NCBI GenBank assembly: GCA_017444525.1
Contig: JAFSWL010000004.1
Coordinates: 40,851-104,850, forward strand
Length of the DNA stretch: 64,000 nucleotides
Direction: 5' to 3'
Origin: Alphaproteobacteria bacterium
Lineage (GTDB): Bacteria > Pseudomonadota > Alphaproteobacteria > RF32 > CAG-239
Position numbers and translations under genes: made by a program
Part shown: piece by piece, positions 9,640 to 20,001 of the stretch
Numbering within the stretch: position 1 is the stretch's first letter
Layout: each line of letters starts with the position of its first letter
The notes under the pieces: generated by a model
What the model was told of the DNA's origin: nothing
The model's database searches: none
Seen by the model: only the letters and a program-made list of their open reading frames with translations

Positions 9640-10508
9640 ATAAAACATATAAACTTACCGGATTGTTTGTCTTAATTGGTATAATTTGTTTTTCCGGTAT
9701 TATTGGTTATTTTATTAAACAAAAATATTCGGCAAGAAGCGAAGATATGCTGATTATGTATTTTGACGAATCGGTGCGCGGTTTGAGTGTCGGCTCGCCG
9801 GTGGTGTTGCAAGGTGTGGAAGTCGGAAAGGTGGCTAAAATCCGCTTAATAACAAATCTGGAAAAGGGAACATTCAAAACTCCGGTTTATATGATTTTTA
9901 ACGACGATGGTTCCACTCCGGAACGGAGCAGAGAAGAATATGAAGTCCTTTTAAAAAATTTAATTGAAAAAGGGTTGAGAGCACGCTTAATTACATCTAA
10001 CTTTTTAACCGGACAGCTGATGATTGAATTGGTAATGCTTCCGAACGATAAACCGGTTTATCGCGGCAGCGGTAAATATCCGGAAATTCCGACCGTATAC
10101 TCATCTTTTGCACAAATCTCTAAGGATTTGGAGGATGTTCCTTTGCAAGATACCATTATTCGTGTCGGCCACTTGATTGATAATATTGATGAAAGTATTC
10201 CGATTATCCTGAAAGATATTTCGCAAACAGCATCTACCATCAAAGCAACGGCACCGGATGTCATGAAAAATTTAAGTGATCTGGCTGAGAGCTTGAATAA
10301 GAATATTCCGTCGTTATTGGCTAATCTTAGTGATGTGTCAAAAAAAGTGAATTCGCTTATGGATGAAAAAACGGGAAGTGCCGGTAGGACATTGGAGAAT
10401 ATGAATAAAACTTTGGAAGATATTTCCAAAGCCAGTCGTTCGCTCAAAAATCTGACCGATTATTTGGAACGCCATCCGGAAGCCGTTATTCAGGGAAAGG
10501 AGAAATAA
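9636..10508 (+). CDS. MCE/MlaD-family substrate-binding protein
   Basis: N-terminal TM segment, then an MCE domain (GLSVGSPVVLQGVEVGKVAKI), then a helical C-terminal region. Confidence 0.85.
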   Translation: MNKTYKLTGLFVLIGIICFSGIIGYFIKQKYSARSEDMLIMYFDESVRGLSVGSPVVLQGVEVGKVAKIRLITNLEKGTFKTPVYMIFNDDGSTPERSREEYEVLLKNLIEKGLRARLITSNFLTGQLMIELVMLPNDKPVYRGSGKYPEIPTVYSSFAQISKDLEDVPLQDTIIRVGHLIDNIDESIPIILKDISQTASTIKATAPDVMKNLSDLAESLNKNIPSLLANLSDVSKKVNSLMDEKTGSAGRTLENMNKTLEDISKASRSLKNLTDYLERHPEAVIQGKEK

Positions 10509-10509
10509 A

Positions 10510-11076
10510 ATGAAAAAAATATGGTTGATTTGTATGTTCGTTTTGCTGAATGCCTGCAGTTTCCGTTCGCCGCAATCACAATTTTACGTTATGAACAGTG
10601 ACGGTATTGATGCTCTTTCCTCTAAAAATATGAGTGTGGCGGTAACAAAAGTTAAAGTGCCGGATATGTTGGATAAGTCGCAGATGTTGATTTATGACAA
10701 AGATTCGGCAGAAGTGCAAATTCTGGAATTTCATCGCTGGGCAGAAATATTGCCGGATACCATCCAGACAACTGCAGTCAACGATTTAATTGCATATTTG
10801 CCGAATGCATATATTAAACGCACTTATTTTCACGATGCTTCTTTGCAATACAGTGTTAATATTGAAATCAACAATTTGAAAGCCTATACCGACGATAAGG
10901 TTGTGTTGACGGCGTGGTGGAAAATTAGCGATAAGAGCGGTAAAGTCTTGAAACGCGAACAGCGGACATATATAGCAAAAGTGCAAAAATCCGGAGTACC
11001 GGCATTGGTTGAAGCGCAAGCTGAAACCGTGCATCAGATGACGCGAGATATTTCCGAGCATTTATTACGGCTATAA
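10510..11076 (+). CDS. ABC-transport auxiliary lipoprotein (PqiC/YmbA-like, DUF330)
   Basis: Lipobox LLNACS, about 190 aa, placed immediately after the MCE gene as in pqiABC/yebST-type loci. Confidence 0.7.
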   Translation: MKKIWLICMFVLLNACSFRSPQSQFYVMNSDGIDALSSKNMSVAVTKVKVPDMLDKSQMLIYDKDSAEVQILEFHRWAEILPDTIQTTAVNDLIAYLPNAYIKRTYFHDASLQYSVNIEINNLKAYTDDKVVLTAWWKISDKSGKVLKREQRTYIAKVQKSGVPALVEAQAETVHQMTRDISEHLLRL

Positions 11077-11080
11077 TTAA

Positions 11081-11833
11081 TCAGCGCAGATATGTGTAAT
11101 AACGCAACGCAAACGAGCAAGAGCGTTGAGTACCGCAATTACAAGCGTCGGCAGCTTGAGCCGCAGTGAATGGTGTCGGAATCATGGCATCATTTGGTTT
11201 GGCAACATTGAACAGTATTGGTGCAGGCTTTTTCACAAACTTTTTGCTGCCGTTGTCCAAAGTGATTTCAACAATTTCCTCTTTCGGCTCTTCTTCTATA
11301 TCGCGCAATGCAGTGTCAATTCCCTGTTCGTTAATTGAGCCCAGTGCTTCTGCTATGAGCCCGCTTTCTTCATCTCCCCAATCTAAGAGCGACAATGCTT
11401 CACATACCTCTTTTTTGAGACCTTGATAAGCGATCTTAAATGTCGGGAATGATTTGTTATTGTTGATAATCGGAGTAGATGAAGCAACCACAATGCCTCC
11501 GCCGTAAACATTGATAAATTTACCGTCTTGCACCAAAAAGTCAGGCATGGTGTTTGATTGTGCCATCAGGCGCATAATATCTGTTTGGGTTTCGGTGTAT
11601 ATGGCATAAGTTGTGCGCACATTATCAACCAATTGCGAAATTTGGTTTACGGTACGGTTCAAATCACGATTAAAAGTATAGCGATCAACAGCCCAGAAAG
11701 CCAACCGTGAAAATAACAGCAAGAATATGCACACAAAAGTAAAAATGAATAATCTTTTCAGTTTTTTATAATTGTGGTCATAGAATTCTAAAAATTTCTC
11801 AAGGTTGGTCTCAGGTTCTTGTCTTCTGAACAT
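11081..11833 (-). CDS. Hypothetical membrane-anchored protein, paralog of the pilin-like globular domain of 4653..5297
   Basis: TM helix (LFIFTFVCIFLLLFSRLAFWAV). FKIAYQGLKKEVCEALSLLDWG aligns with FFVRYNNLSKKQCVELALKDWH of the pilin-like protein. C-terminal Cys cluster. Confidence 0.55.
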   Translation of the reverse strand: MFRRQEPETNLEKFLEFYDHNYKKLKRLFIFTFVCIFLLLFSRLAFWAVDRYTFNRDLNRTVNQISQLVDNVRTTYAIYTETQTDIMRLMAQSNTMPDFLVQDGKFINVYGGGIVVASSTPIINNNKSFPTFKIAYQGLKKEVCEALSLLDWGDEESGLIAEALGSINEQGIDTALRDIEEEPKEEIVEITLDNGSKKFVKKPAPILFNVAKPNDAMIPTPFTAAQAADACNCGTQRSCSFALRYYTYLR

Positions 11834-11848
11834 AGCTTGCTCTCCAAA

Positions 11849-14518
11849 TTATACCAAACGGCCATGGCAATGCTTAAACTTTTTACCGCTACCGCACGGG
11901 CAAGGATCATTACGGCCGACATCAGAGAAAATATCTTTATCGATTTCTTCGTCTGCGGTGATGGCTCCGTCATGGAATGTCGACATTTTGCGATTTTGTT
12001 CTTTGTTCATGGCACGTTGCATCTGTTGTTCAGAATCTGTTTGGATCACTGTATGGCAAATAACAATTGTAACACGCTCTTTAAGAATATCCAATAATTC
12101 GGAAAACATGTTGAATGCTTCTTTTTTATATTCATTGAGAGGATCTTTTTGACCGTAAGCGCGCAGTACAATGGTATGGCGCATTAAATCCAACGCGGCA
12201 ATATGATCTTTCCACAATTGATCGAGAACTTGTAATAAGATACTTTTTTGTACCATTTTAACGGCTTGCGGCGGCAAACTTTGTTCACGCTCCGCTAAAC
12301 GATTATCAACCTCGGCTAAAATGAGTTCTTGCATTTTATCGCTGTCAATATCAGGATTGTTGCACCAAGTTGCCAGCGGCATGCTGAAACTTGTTGTAGA
12401 TTGAATATCTTGTTTTAAGCCATCAATATTCCACTCTTCGGTAGAAGTTCCGTATGGAATATGGGCACGAATAATACCTTCTAAGTATTCATCGCGCATA
12501 TCCTTGATGATATCGGATACATCCTCTTGCTCCATAATTTCACGGCGCTCGGTGTAAATAATTTTGCGTTGCTCATTCATAACGTTATCATACTTGAGCA
12601 AATCTTTTCGAATATCAAAGTTGCGTTCTTCTACTTTTTTCTGTGCTTTTTCCAAAGCTTTGCTAATCCATGGGTGAACGAGTGCTTCGCCTTCCGGCAA
12701 GCCCAATCGATGCAAGACTGTAGAAATCTTTTCGGAACCGAAAATGCGCATCAAGTCATCCTCCATTGAGAGGAAAAATTTGGAAGTACCCGGATCGCCC
12801 TGACGACCGGAACGGCCGCGTAATTGATTGTCGATACGGCGGCTTTCGTGGCGCTCGGTACCGACAATATAAAGACCGCCTGCTTTGAGCACTTTTTCCT
12901 TATCGGCCGCAACCTCGGCTTCGATTTCCTTTTTGATTTGAGCGATTTGCTCTGCAGTTTCTTCTCCTGTAAGTTTCTCTTTAAGTTTCATGTCAGGGTT
13001 GCCACCGAGCTGAATATCTGTACCGCGGCCGGCCATATTGGTAGCAATGGTAATTGCTCCGGAGACACCAGCCTGTGCCACGATGGCAGCTTCACGTTCG
13101 TGATGGCGGGCGTTCAAAACTTCAAATTTGAGGTTAGGAGCTGCTTTGTGCAACAGCTCGGCTACCACTTCGGATTTTTCTACCGAAGTTGTGCCCACTA
13201 AAACAGGCTGCCCGCGGTCATGACTATCAATAATGGTATTAATTATGGCCTTATACTTTTCATTTGCGGTGCGATAAATTTCATCCTGTAAATCTTCACG
13301 AATGACCGGCTTATTGGTTGGAATTTCCACACAGGTTAAATTATATATATCAAAAAATTCATTTTCTTCGGTCATGGCAGTACCGGTCATACCGGCTAAT
13401 TTGGGATACAGACGGAAGTAGTTCTGGAAAGTAATGGAGGCCAGTGTCTGATTTTCTGATTGGATTTCCACACCTTCTTTTGCTTCTAATGCCTGATGCA
13501 ATCCGTCGCTGAAACGGCGACCTTCCATAATGCGTCCCGTAAATTCATCAACAATAACCACTTTACCGTCTTTGACAATGTAGTCAACGTCACGTTGGAA
13601 TAATTTGTGTGCGCGCAGAGCGTTGTTTACGTGTTGCACCAGGTTAACGTTACCGATGTCGTACAAAGCACCGTCGGTAATCAAGCCGGCACCGCGGAGT
13701 AGTTGCTCAATATGCTCCATTCCGGATTCTGTGAGCGTTACAGTGCGGCGTTTTTCATCTTTTTCATAGTCACTTTCGCTTAGGAAAGGCACTAACTTTG
13801 TTACTTTAACATAAGTATCGGAAGAATCTTCAGCCTGTCCGGAAATAATCAGCGGAGTACGTGCCTCATCAATTAGAATCGAATCGACTTCGTCGACGAT
13901 GGCATAATTAAAATCACGCTGCACCCGCTCGGCTAAACTGAATTTCATATTATCGCGCAAATAATCAAAGCCGAGTTCATTATTGGTACCGTAAACAATA
14001 TCTGCACTGTAGGCAGTACGGCGCTCGTTATCGTTTTTGCCGTGTACAATATAATCTACTGTTAGGCCTAAAAAGCGATAAATCTGCCCCATCCATTCAG
14101 CATCGCGTTTTGCCAAATAGTCATTTACCGTAACGATATGTACACCTTTGCCCTCAATAGCGTTTAAGTATGCGGCGAGTGTTGCTACGAGCGTTTTACC
14201 CTCTCCGGTTTTCATTTCGGCAATCATACCTTTATGCAAAACTATACCGCCGATGATTTGCACATCATAATGGCGTTGTCCCAAGACCCGTTTTGCCGTT
14301 TCGCGTACGGCAGCAAATGCTTCCGGTAAAATATCATCAAGTGTTTCGCCTTTTTTGAGGCGTTCACGAAATTCATCGGTTTTTGCTTTAAGCTGTTCAT
14401 CGGTTAATTTGATAAAGTCCGGCTCCAAGGCGTTTATTTGATTTACGATTTTATATTGTTTCTTTACAAAACGATCATTGGCACTGCCAAAAATTTTACG
14501 AGCGATTTTTCCTAACAT
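11849..14518 (-). CDS. secA: Preprotein translocase ATPase SecA
   Basis: Full-length SecA (889 aa) with MKTGEGKT Walker A, a DEAD-like [19 protein letters not shown] segment, and the C-terminal zinc site [14 protein letters not shown]. Confidence 0.97.
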   Translation of the reverse strand: MLGKIARKIFGSANDRFVKKQYKIVNQINALEPDFIKLTDEQLKAKTDEFRERLKKGETLDDILPEAFAAVRETAKRVLGQRHYDVQIIGGIVLHKGMIAEMKTGEGKTLVATLAAYLNAIEGKGVHIVTVNDYLAKRDAEWMGQIYRFLGLTVDYIVHGKNDNERRTAYSADIVYGTNNELGFDYLRDNMKFSLAERVQRDFNYAIVDEVDSILIDEARTPLIISGQAEDSSDTYVKVTKLVPFLSESDYEKDEKRRTVTLTESGMEHIEQLLRGAGLITDGALYDIGNVNLVQHVNNALRAHKLFQRDVDYIVKDGKVVIVDEFTGRIMEGRRFSDGLHQALEAKEGVEIQSENQTLASITFQNYFRLYPKLAGMTGTAMTEENEFFDIYNLTCVEIPTNKPVIREDLQDEIYRTANEKYKAIINTIIDSHDRGQPVLVGTTSVEKSEVVAELLHKAAPNLKFEVLNARHHEREAAIVAQAGVSGAITIATNMAGRGTDIQLGGNPDMKLKEKLTGEETAEQIAQIKKEIEAEVAADKEKVLKAGGLYIVGTERHESRRIDNQLRGRSGRQGDPGTSKFFLSMEDDLMRIFGSEKISTVLHRLGLPEGEALVHPWISKALEKAQKKVEERNFDIRKDLLKYDNVMNEQRKIIYTERREIMEQEDVSDIIKDMRDEYLEGIIRAHIPYGTSTEEWNIDGLKQDIQSTTSFSMPLATWCNNPDIDSDKMQELILAEVDNRLAEREQSLPPQAVKMVQKSILLQVLDQLWKDHIAALDLMRHTIVLRAYGQKDPLNEYKKEAFNMFSELLDILKERVTIVICHTVIQTDSEQQMQRAMNKEQNRKMSTFHDGAITADEEIDKDIFSDVGRNDPCPCGSGKKFKHCHGRLV

Positions 14519-14665
14519 GTGTATTCCTTACGATATTATGTTTTATAATACTTAGTTTGATTAAATCGTAAAGTCAATACTCTGCGCAAAAGTTATAAAC
14601 TTATATTGAAATTTAAAATATTAAGGGTATAGTGGATGTGATTTGTTTAATTAGGAGGAAATCAA

Positions 14666-15496
14666 ATGCAAAAAAAATATATTATCGCAACGTCTGCGGC
14701 TATCATTGTGTTAATCGCCGGCGCTTTAACGTATAAGGTTCATGCCGAAAAAAACAGCGGTGTTGCCGCAATTGTGGACGGAGAGGTTATTCCGGTTTCT
14801 GAACTCAGAGATGTTTATGAAAAGAATCCGCAAATAAAAACTCAGGTTTCGTTCGAGGATTTTTATAATCAGGCACTCGATGTGGCAGTAAACAGTAAAC
14901 TGGCTTCGCGTGCAGCGGCAGCAGCTAAAGTTGAAGAAACCCCTCTTTATAAAGAAAAGTTGGCTGAGATGAAAGATGAATTGGCTCGTCAGGTCTATGT
15001 GGAGCAAAGAGTTGAAGAACGCATTACCGATGAAGCTGTAAAAAAAGTTTATGATGACTATGTAGCTAAGTTTGAAAGCGAAAAAGAAGTTAAAGCTAAA
15101 CATATTTTGGTTGATTCCGAAGCTACGGCAAAAGAAATTATCGCCAAGTTGGATGCAAAAGAAGCTACCTTTGATGAACTTGCCCTTAAATATTCAAAAG
15201 ATCAGTCTGATTTAGGGTACTTTACATCAAAAGTTATGGTGCCTGAATTTTCGGCAGCCGCATTTGCTCAAGAAAAAGGCACATATTCTAAGCAACCGGT
15301 TAAGACAGAATTTGGTTATCATGTGATTCTTGTTGAAGACATCCGTGATACCAAGCCTTTGGAATTGAATGCGGTTTCAGAGCAGATTAAAATTAATCTG
15401 AGCCAGCAAGCAGTAGCAGAAATCATTAAAGAGTTGAATGACAATGCTAAAGTTGAAAAATTTGATCTTAAAGGTAAGAAAATCGAAGCTAAATAG
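14666..15496 (+). CDS. Parvulin-type peptidyl-prolyl cis-trans isomerase (PpiC/PrsA/SurA-like)
   Basis: N-terminal anchor and rotamase domain (VKAKHILV...FGYHVILVED). Confidence 0.85.
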   Translation: MQKKYIIATSAAIIVLIAGALTYKVHAEKNSGVAAIVDGEVIPVSELRDVYEKNPQIKTQVSFEDFYNQALDVAVNSKLASRAAAAAKVEETPLYKEKLAEMKDELARQVYVEQRVEERITDEAVKKVYDDYVAKFESEKEVKAKHILVDSEATAKEIIAKLDAKEATFDELALKYSKDQSDLGYFTSKVMVPEFSAAAFAQEKGTYSKQPVKTEFGYHVILVEDIRDTKPLELNAVSEQIKINLSQQAVAEIIKELNDNAKVEKFDLKGKKIEAK

Positions 15497-15523
15497 TTTC
15501 CAAAGTTTCGTTTAAATATAAAA

Positions 15524-15558
15524 ATTCCCGATAAGCATAGCAATATCGGGAATTTTTA
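15524..15558. terminator. Bidirectional rho-independent terminator
   Basis: ATTCCCGATA-(10 nt)-TATCGGGAAT flanked by AAAA upstream and TTTTT downstream, between convergent genes. Confidence 0.7.
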
Positions 15559-15575
15559 TTATATGGAACTGAGTA

Positions 15576-16997
15576 TTACTTCCCTTCCAAAATAGCCTTA
15601 AACAGTTCATGTACGCTCGGTATATGATTGTGTGCATACATCGGATCAGAGGAAAAACGGTAAACATTATGACCGGCAAACGCCAGATTATTTTGGATAT
15701 CTCCACCGTGTCCGATATTCATCAATGTACGATGAATGCAATAAGTGCGCGGGTCAGGAATTTTGCCGGTGGAACCGTTTTCGCGTGACCAGCTGGAAAA
15801 TTGGCATTGTGAAAGGCAGCCCACACATTCGGAACGTTCTTTTTGCATTTCTATCCATTCATCCGGTGTCAGAAATACCAAAGTCGAATCCGGCGTTTCT
15901 TTTATCATTGAATATCCTTCGGATCGCTGTTCTTCTACCTGTTTTTTATCAGCCGGATTGATGTAAACTGCTTTGTGCGGAGCAATCGGCAACAAAAAAG
16001 TCATCTCATCTGTAGCTGTTTCACTATATGGTATTTCGGCCTTTTTACGACGCATCAAATTACTTAAAAAGTTGTTTTTGATGGCAGATGAGAAAAAGCC
16101 GGTGGGGCTGAATTTTTGTAAAATAACATCGCCTTTTTTAGCGTGCATCATCAGCAGTTTCCATGCATCGCTTATCGGGCTTTCTTTGGTTATCATCGGA
16201 CGAGTGCCAAACTGGAAGGCAACATTGCCCAATTCCGGATTATTTATATAATCTTGCCAATCACTTAAACTCCATACACCGCCGGCAATAATAATTGGCA
16301 AATTTTTGAGCCCCAGTTCGGTTAAGACCTTACGCAGAGCAACTAAGCGTTCGTACGGACGCTCCGGAGCCAGTGGATTTTCGGCGTTGGATAAGCCGTT
16401 ATGTCCTCCGGCCAACCATGGGTCTTCGTATACTACACCACCGAGATATTCAGCATAATTCTTAAACGAGCGCTTCCACAAGACAGTCATTGCCCGAGCA
16501 GAAGAAATAATCGGATAGTAATAAACGTTATGTTCGGAAGCAATTTTACCTAAATTATACGGCAGACCGGCACCGCAGGTTACACCATGAATTAAGCCTT
16601 CGGCTCCTTCCAAAACTCGCACAATTACTTCCTGAGAATCCGCCATTTCCCATAGCATATTAATATGAATACGACCGTTACCGTTAGCAATTTCATGTGC
16701 TATTTGAGCTTGACTTATACCACCTTTGACTGCGTACTCTACCATTTCGCGGTGGCGTTTGGCGCGGATTTTTTCATGGAAAATTTCCGGTATTATAGTC
16801 CCTTCCAGCGAAATTTCAGTCGGGCTGACCATGGATATGGTTCCTACACCTCCTTCTTTAGCCCAAGAACCCGAGCTTTTGCCATCGGTGCCGTTAATAC
16901 CTTTACCGCCTTCAATCAGCGGATATACCATAGCCCCAGAAATATTGAGTTTATTTAATGCTTTCATTGTTTTGTGCCTCTTTTGTGTTTTTGCCAT
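15576..16997 (-). CDS. Nitronate monooxygenase (NMO)/2-nitropropane dioxygenase family flavoprotein, long form
   Basis: TIM-barrel FMN motifs (GGKGINGTDG; IIAGGVWS) plus a C-terminal extension with ECVGCLSQC. Confidence 0.75.
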   Translation of the reverse strand: MAKTQKRHKTMKALNKLNISGAMVYPLIEGGKGINGTDGKSSGSWAKEGGVGTISMVSPTEISLEGTIIPEIFHEKIRAKRHREMVEYAVKGGISQAQIAHEIANGNGRIHINMLWEMADSQEVIVRVLEGAEGLIHGVTCGAGLPYNLGKIASEHNVYYYPIISSARAMTVLWKRSFKNYAEYLGGVVYEDPWLAGGHNGLSNAENPLAPERPYERLVALRKVLTELGLKNLPIIIAGGVWSLSDWQDYINNPELGNVAFQFGTRPMITKESPISDAWKLLMMHAKKGDVILQKFSPTGFFSSAIKNNFLSNLMRRKKAEIPYSETATDEMTFLLPIAPHKAVYINPADKKQVEEQRSEGYSMIKETPDSTLVFLTPDEWIEMQKERSECVGCLSQCQFSSWSRENGSTGKIPDPRTYCIHRTLMNIGHGGDIQNNLAFAGHNVYRFSSDPMYAHNHIPSVHELFKAILEGK

Positions 16998-17112
16998 ACA
17001 ACGTTACTTTCCGAACCAATTCGGAATATAAATAAAATATAATCACTTTTTGTTTATTTGAAAAGTAGGCACTTTTACGTTTCATAGTTACCTTAAGGAA
17101 ACTATTGTGAAA

Positions 17113-18582
17113 TTACGGAACTAATCTGAACCAATCCAATGGCATGCCGTTAACAACGGTAAATGCAATCAAAACGCAGATATAACCGTAAATCTGCAGC
17201 ATACTTAGTATATTGTGGTATTTTTTATTAGGTATAATCGGAGTTATAAATGCTAAAAAATGATTAATACCGATAATAAATAAAACGACTAAAATCAGTT
17301 GTGTAAAAATGCCGCAAGAAATAAGCAACTCCTTAAATGTTGAAGCTATTTTATATAGAAAAGTAAAAAATAATGCGTATAACACTAATGAACTGTATAG
17401 TACATAATGCCGCATATTTTGAATCTGTTCTTTTTCTTGTTTGGTTTTGCTTAAATTTTCGGTAGCCAGTTCTTTTATGCTCAAACCACGTACGGTCTGT
17501 GGTTCTTCCTGTTGTTTTTTGTAATTCTCAACCTGCTCTTTACATTTTTCGGCAACAATACACAAACCACATCCTTTGGGTGTAAAATAAACGTGGTTTT
17601 TGTCTTTTTTGCATGGTTTAAGATGATCAAGCAAATATGCCAGATGAGTTTGCCATTCAAGTGCTGTAGGACGTTCTCCTCCTTTGGTAAAAGCACGCTC
17701 AAACAGATTCATAGTGTCTTTATCAAGATAATCGTGGATGCTGTACGGATTTGGCATCTGATAATTATCCGGCCAAAATCCGTAAGCATAATGATAACCG
17801 GCTATGCGTTCTTGAATCGAAAGCATATCACCGGTTTGACGCGGTGTACCGGAAAATGGATGAATGCCTTCGTTTAAAAGTTTGAATATGATTACGGCTA
17901 AAGCGAATTTATCCTGTTCTTCACCCATTTCTTTGCAAGTTAATTGCATTCCTTCGGGATAAATATATTCTTCACTTACAAATTCGGCAGGGTAGCGTGC
18001 TCCATTTTCACCACGAATGGAAAAACCGTCACAATCAAAAGCAACGACCAATTGATTTTTCTTGTAAACATAAACATTAGACGGCTTTAAATCTACAATA
18101 TAATGGCCGCAAGCATGTAGTTTGGCAACAATGGTGGCAATGTTGAATGCGGCAAAAACACGAGCTTCGTAGCGTTCTGTCAGTCCAAGTTTTTGACGCA
18201 CGGCCTTTTGAATCAAATGGTCTAATGACACGGCTTCGGTTGTATCGATTTGCGGCATCAAGTAGCCGACGCAATAACCTTGAGCATCTTCCAGCAGAGC
18301 AGTCGGCCATGTAATTTGGATATACTCTTTGCCTTTGTAATTAATGGCGGGAATGTTCGGACGATTAAGCAGCATTGCTTCCAATTTCCGGCGATTGGTG
18401 CCGCTGCGTTCTTTTTCATGGAAAATCTTGGCTACACTGTTTTGGTGTGAAGCATCGAGATAAATTTTGCCGGCAGCTCCTCCTTTATGCAAAAGCTCTC
18501 CTAAGAGTATTTTTTCGTTGTGTCCGTCCGGATAGAGGGCCAGATATGTTTGCTCAATTTCCGTCATTGCAGTTTTGCCCAT
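17113..18582 (-). CDS. Membrane-anchored Ser/Thr protein kinase
   Basis: Catalytic loop HYIVDLKPSNVYV, DFG-equivalent DCDGF, Cys-rich segment (CKKDKNHVYFTPKGCGLC...C), and 3-4 C-terminal TM helices. An alternative ATG at 18567 forms an ATGA overlap with the PP2C stop. Confidence 0.8.
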   Translation of the reverse strand: MGKTAMTEIEQTYLALYPDGHNEKILLGELLHKGGAAGKIYLDASHQNSVAKIFHEKERSGTNRRKLEAMLLNRPNIPAINYKGKEYIQITWPTALLEDAQGYCVGYLMPQIDTTEAVSLDHLIQKAVRQKLGLTERYEARVFAAFNIATIVAKLHACGHYIVDLKPSNVYVYKKNQLVVAFDCDGFSIRGENGARYPAEFVSEEYIYPEGMQLTCKEMGEEQDKFALAVIIFKLLNEGIHPFSGTPRQTGDMLSIQERIAGYHYAYGFWPDNYQMPNPYSIHDYLDKDTMNLFERAFTKGGERPTALEWQTHLAYLLDHLKPCKKDKNHVYFTPKGCGLCIVAEKCKEQVENYKKQQEEPQTVRGLSIKELATENLSKTKQEKEQIQNMRHYVLYSSLVLYALFFTFLYKIASTFKELLISCGIFTQLILVVLFIIGINHFLAFITPIIPNKKYHNILSMLQIYGYICVLIAFTVVNGMPLDWFRLVP

Positions 18583-19331
18583 AAAATTGTTTTATCATCA
18601 GCATTTAAGCGACGCGCTCTGACATCGTCCAAAGTATTTTTTAATGCTTTGGCAGCATAAGTTTGACGCGGTTCATTTTCGAGGTATTCTACTATAGGAA
18701 TTAAAAATTTGTGATGAATTTTATAAAAGTCATCTGAAAACACAAAACCGGTTACACCGTCGGTCATCAGAAGTAATCGATCAACATTTTCAAACGGTAT
18801 AAAACGCAAGCAATCTTGCCAGTCATCCATGGTGTAGAAATATGTTTCGCAAGAAAATGCGCCGTTTTCCGGTTCGGATATGATTAAATTGTCGTAAGAT
18901 CCTGAGCCAAATGCGATACCTGCACCATCACCGATATGAAAAAATATACCATGATTGTTATGGCAAAAGAATCCGATTACGGTTGCCGAAAAATTAATCA
19001 GTTCATCAGTGCTTTTGCTCTTATTCAAACGATGCATAATTAATTTGCGGCGGGCAATATTAATTGCTTTGATAACGTTATCTCTTATATCTCTTAGGTT
19101 GGAGCGAATAAGTAAATCACACAAGGTTTGACAGATTATTTTGGCTCCGATTCTGGAATATTTAGCGGAACCTGCTCCGTCCGAAACAATTCCAACGGTT
19201 TTGTTTTTATCATGCTTATAACAGCTGTAATCCTGACACGGCAAATTATTAGCTTTATGTAAAGCCCCGCGAACGGAAACGGATAGAAGCCGAATGTTGC
19301 TGCTGTTTTTAGGCATCTTTCTACTTTTCAT
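18564..19331 (-). CDS. PP2C-family protein phosphatase
   Basis: PP2C_2-like pattern (NLPCQDY...GIVSDGAGSA...HIGDGAG...LLMTDGV). Overlaps both neighbouring genes. Confidence 0.8.
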   Translation of the reverse strand: MKSRKMPKNSSNIRLLSVSVRGALHKANNLPCQDYSCYKHDKNKTVGIVSDGAGSAKYSRIGAKIICQTLCDLLIRSNLRDIRDNVIKAINIARRKLIMHRLNKSKSTDELINFSATVIGFFCHNNHGIFFHIGDGAGIAFGSGSYDNLIISEPENGAFSCETYFYTMDDWQDCLRFIPFENVDRLLLMTDGVTGFVFSDDFYKIHHKFLIPIVEYLENEPRQTYAAKALKNTLDDVRARRLNADDKTILWAKLQ

Positions 19332-20001
19332 TCCATTCAGTTATATCATCAAGATAATTGTTAGCATTCGGAGCCGCCTTAGAAATGCAGGAAACACTGC
19401 GGCTGAGCCACAGGAAAAATTCAGTAAATTTCAATCCGGTTAAGCGTTTAGGCGGAAGCAAAGAGAATTTTGCCAGCTTTTCCAGATTTGCGCCCTGAGT
19501 TCCGATAGCATGAATAACGACTTTTTTGTTTTTTTGTGCATAACGGCATATTTCTGCCGAATCTTCCCAGCCGTAGTCAGTCGGTTCCCCGTCACTGATG
19601 AGAAATATCCACGGTCGCTTGGAAGTTACGCCGCAACTGTCATAAAGGCACTTTTGCTCCTCAATTTTTTGCAAAGCCATTTCCATAGCTTTACCCAACG
19701 GAGTCAAGCCGCCGGCCTCCATCTCCGGTGCCGTGAAATTCATGGCATCAATCCAATCGGATTCTACCTTAACTTCATCTTTGCCGAAGGCTTTGATGAT
19801 GAGCAGCTGGACACGAGAACTAGCATCAATGTCTTCTTTAAGCTCTTTTTCAAGTGCTACCAATCCAGCATTGAGTTGCTTAATCGGTTCGCCACGCATG
19901 GAGCCCGAACAATCAAGCACCAAAACACACGGGGTGCGTTCGTTGGCATTGTCGGCAAATTCTACGTAAGGAATGCGCTCTATAGTATTTTTATCTGCCA
20001 T
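19321..20001 (-). CDS. von Willebrand factor A domain protein (TerY-like)
   Basis: MIDAS motif VLVLDCSGSM, then LTPLG and FLISDGEPTD. The length of about 226 aa is typical of TerY-type vWA proteins. Confidence 0.85.
   Translation of the reverse strand: MADKNTIERIPYVEFADNANERTPCVLVLDCSGSMRGEPIKQLNAGLVALEKELKEDIDASSRVQLLIIKAFGKDEVKVESDWIDAMNFTAPEMEAGGLTPLGKAMEMALQKIEEQKCLYDSCGVTSKRPWIFLISDGEPTDYGWEDSAEICRYAQKNKKVVIHAIGTQGANLEKLAKFSLLPPKRLTGLKFTEFFLWLSRSVSCISKAAPNANNYLDDITEWNEK

Noticed and set aside
12527-13201. Plus-strand ORFs (80 and 125 aa) inside the secA region
   Set aside because: They are antisense shadows of the highly confident secA gene, with low-complexity translations and no RBS. 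The same reasoning applies to the many 60-140-aa antisense ORFs listed within lepA, lysS, miaB, lnt, rng and other confident genes.
17009-17026. Perfect palindrome TTCCGAA-CCAA-TTCGGAA just upstream of the NMO-family gene start
   Set aside because: It could be an operator or a 5'-UTR hairpin, but it is only 7 bp per arm, with no second copy and no adjacent regulator. That is too weak to call.
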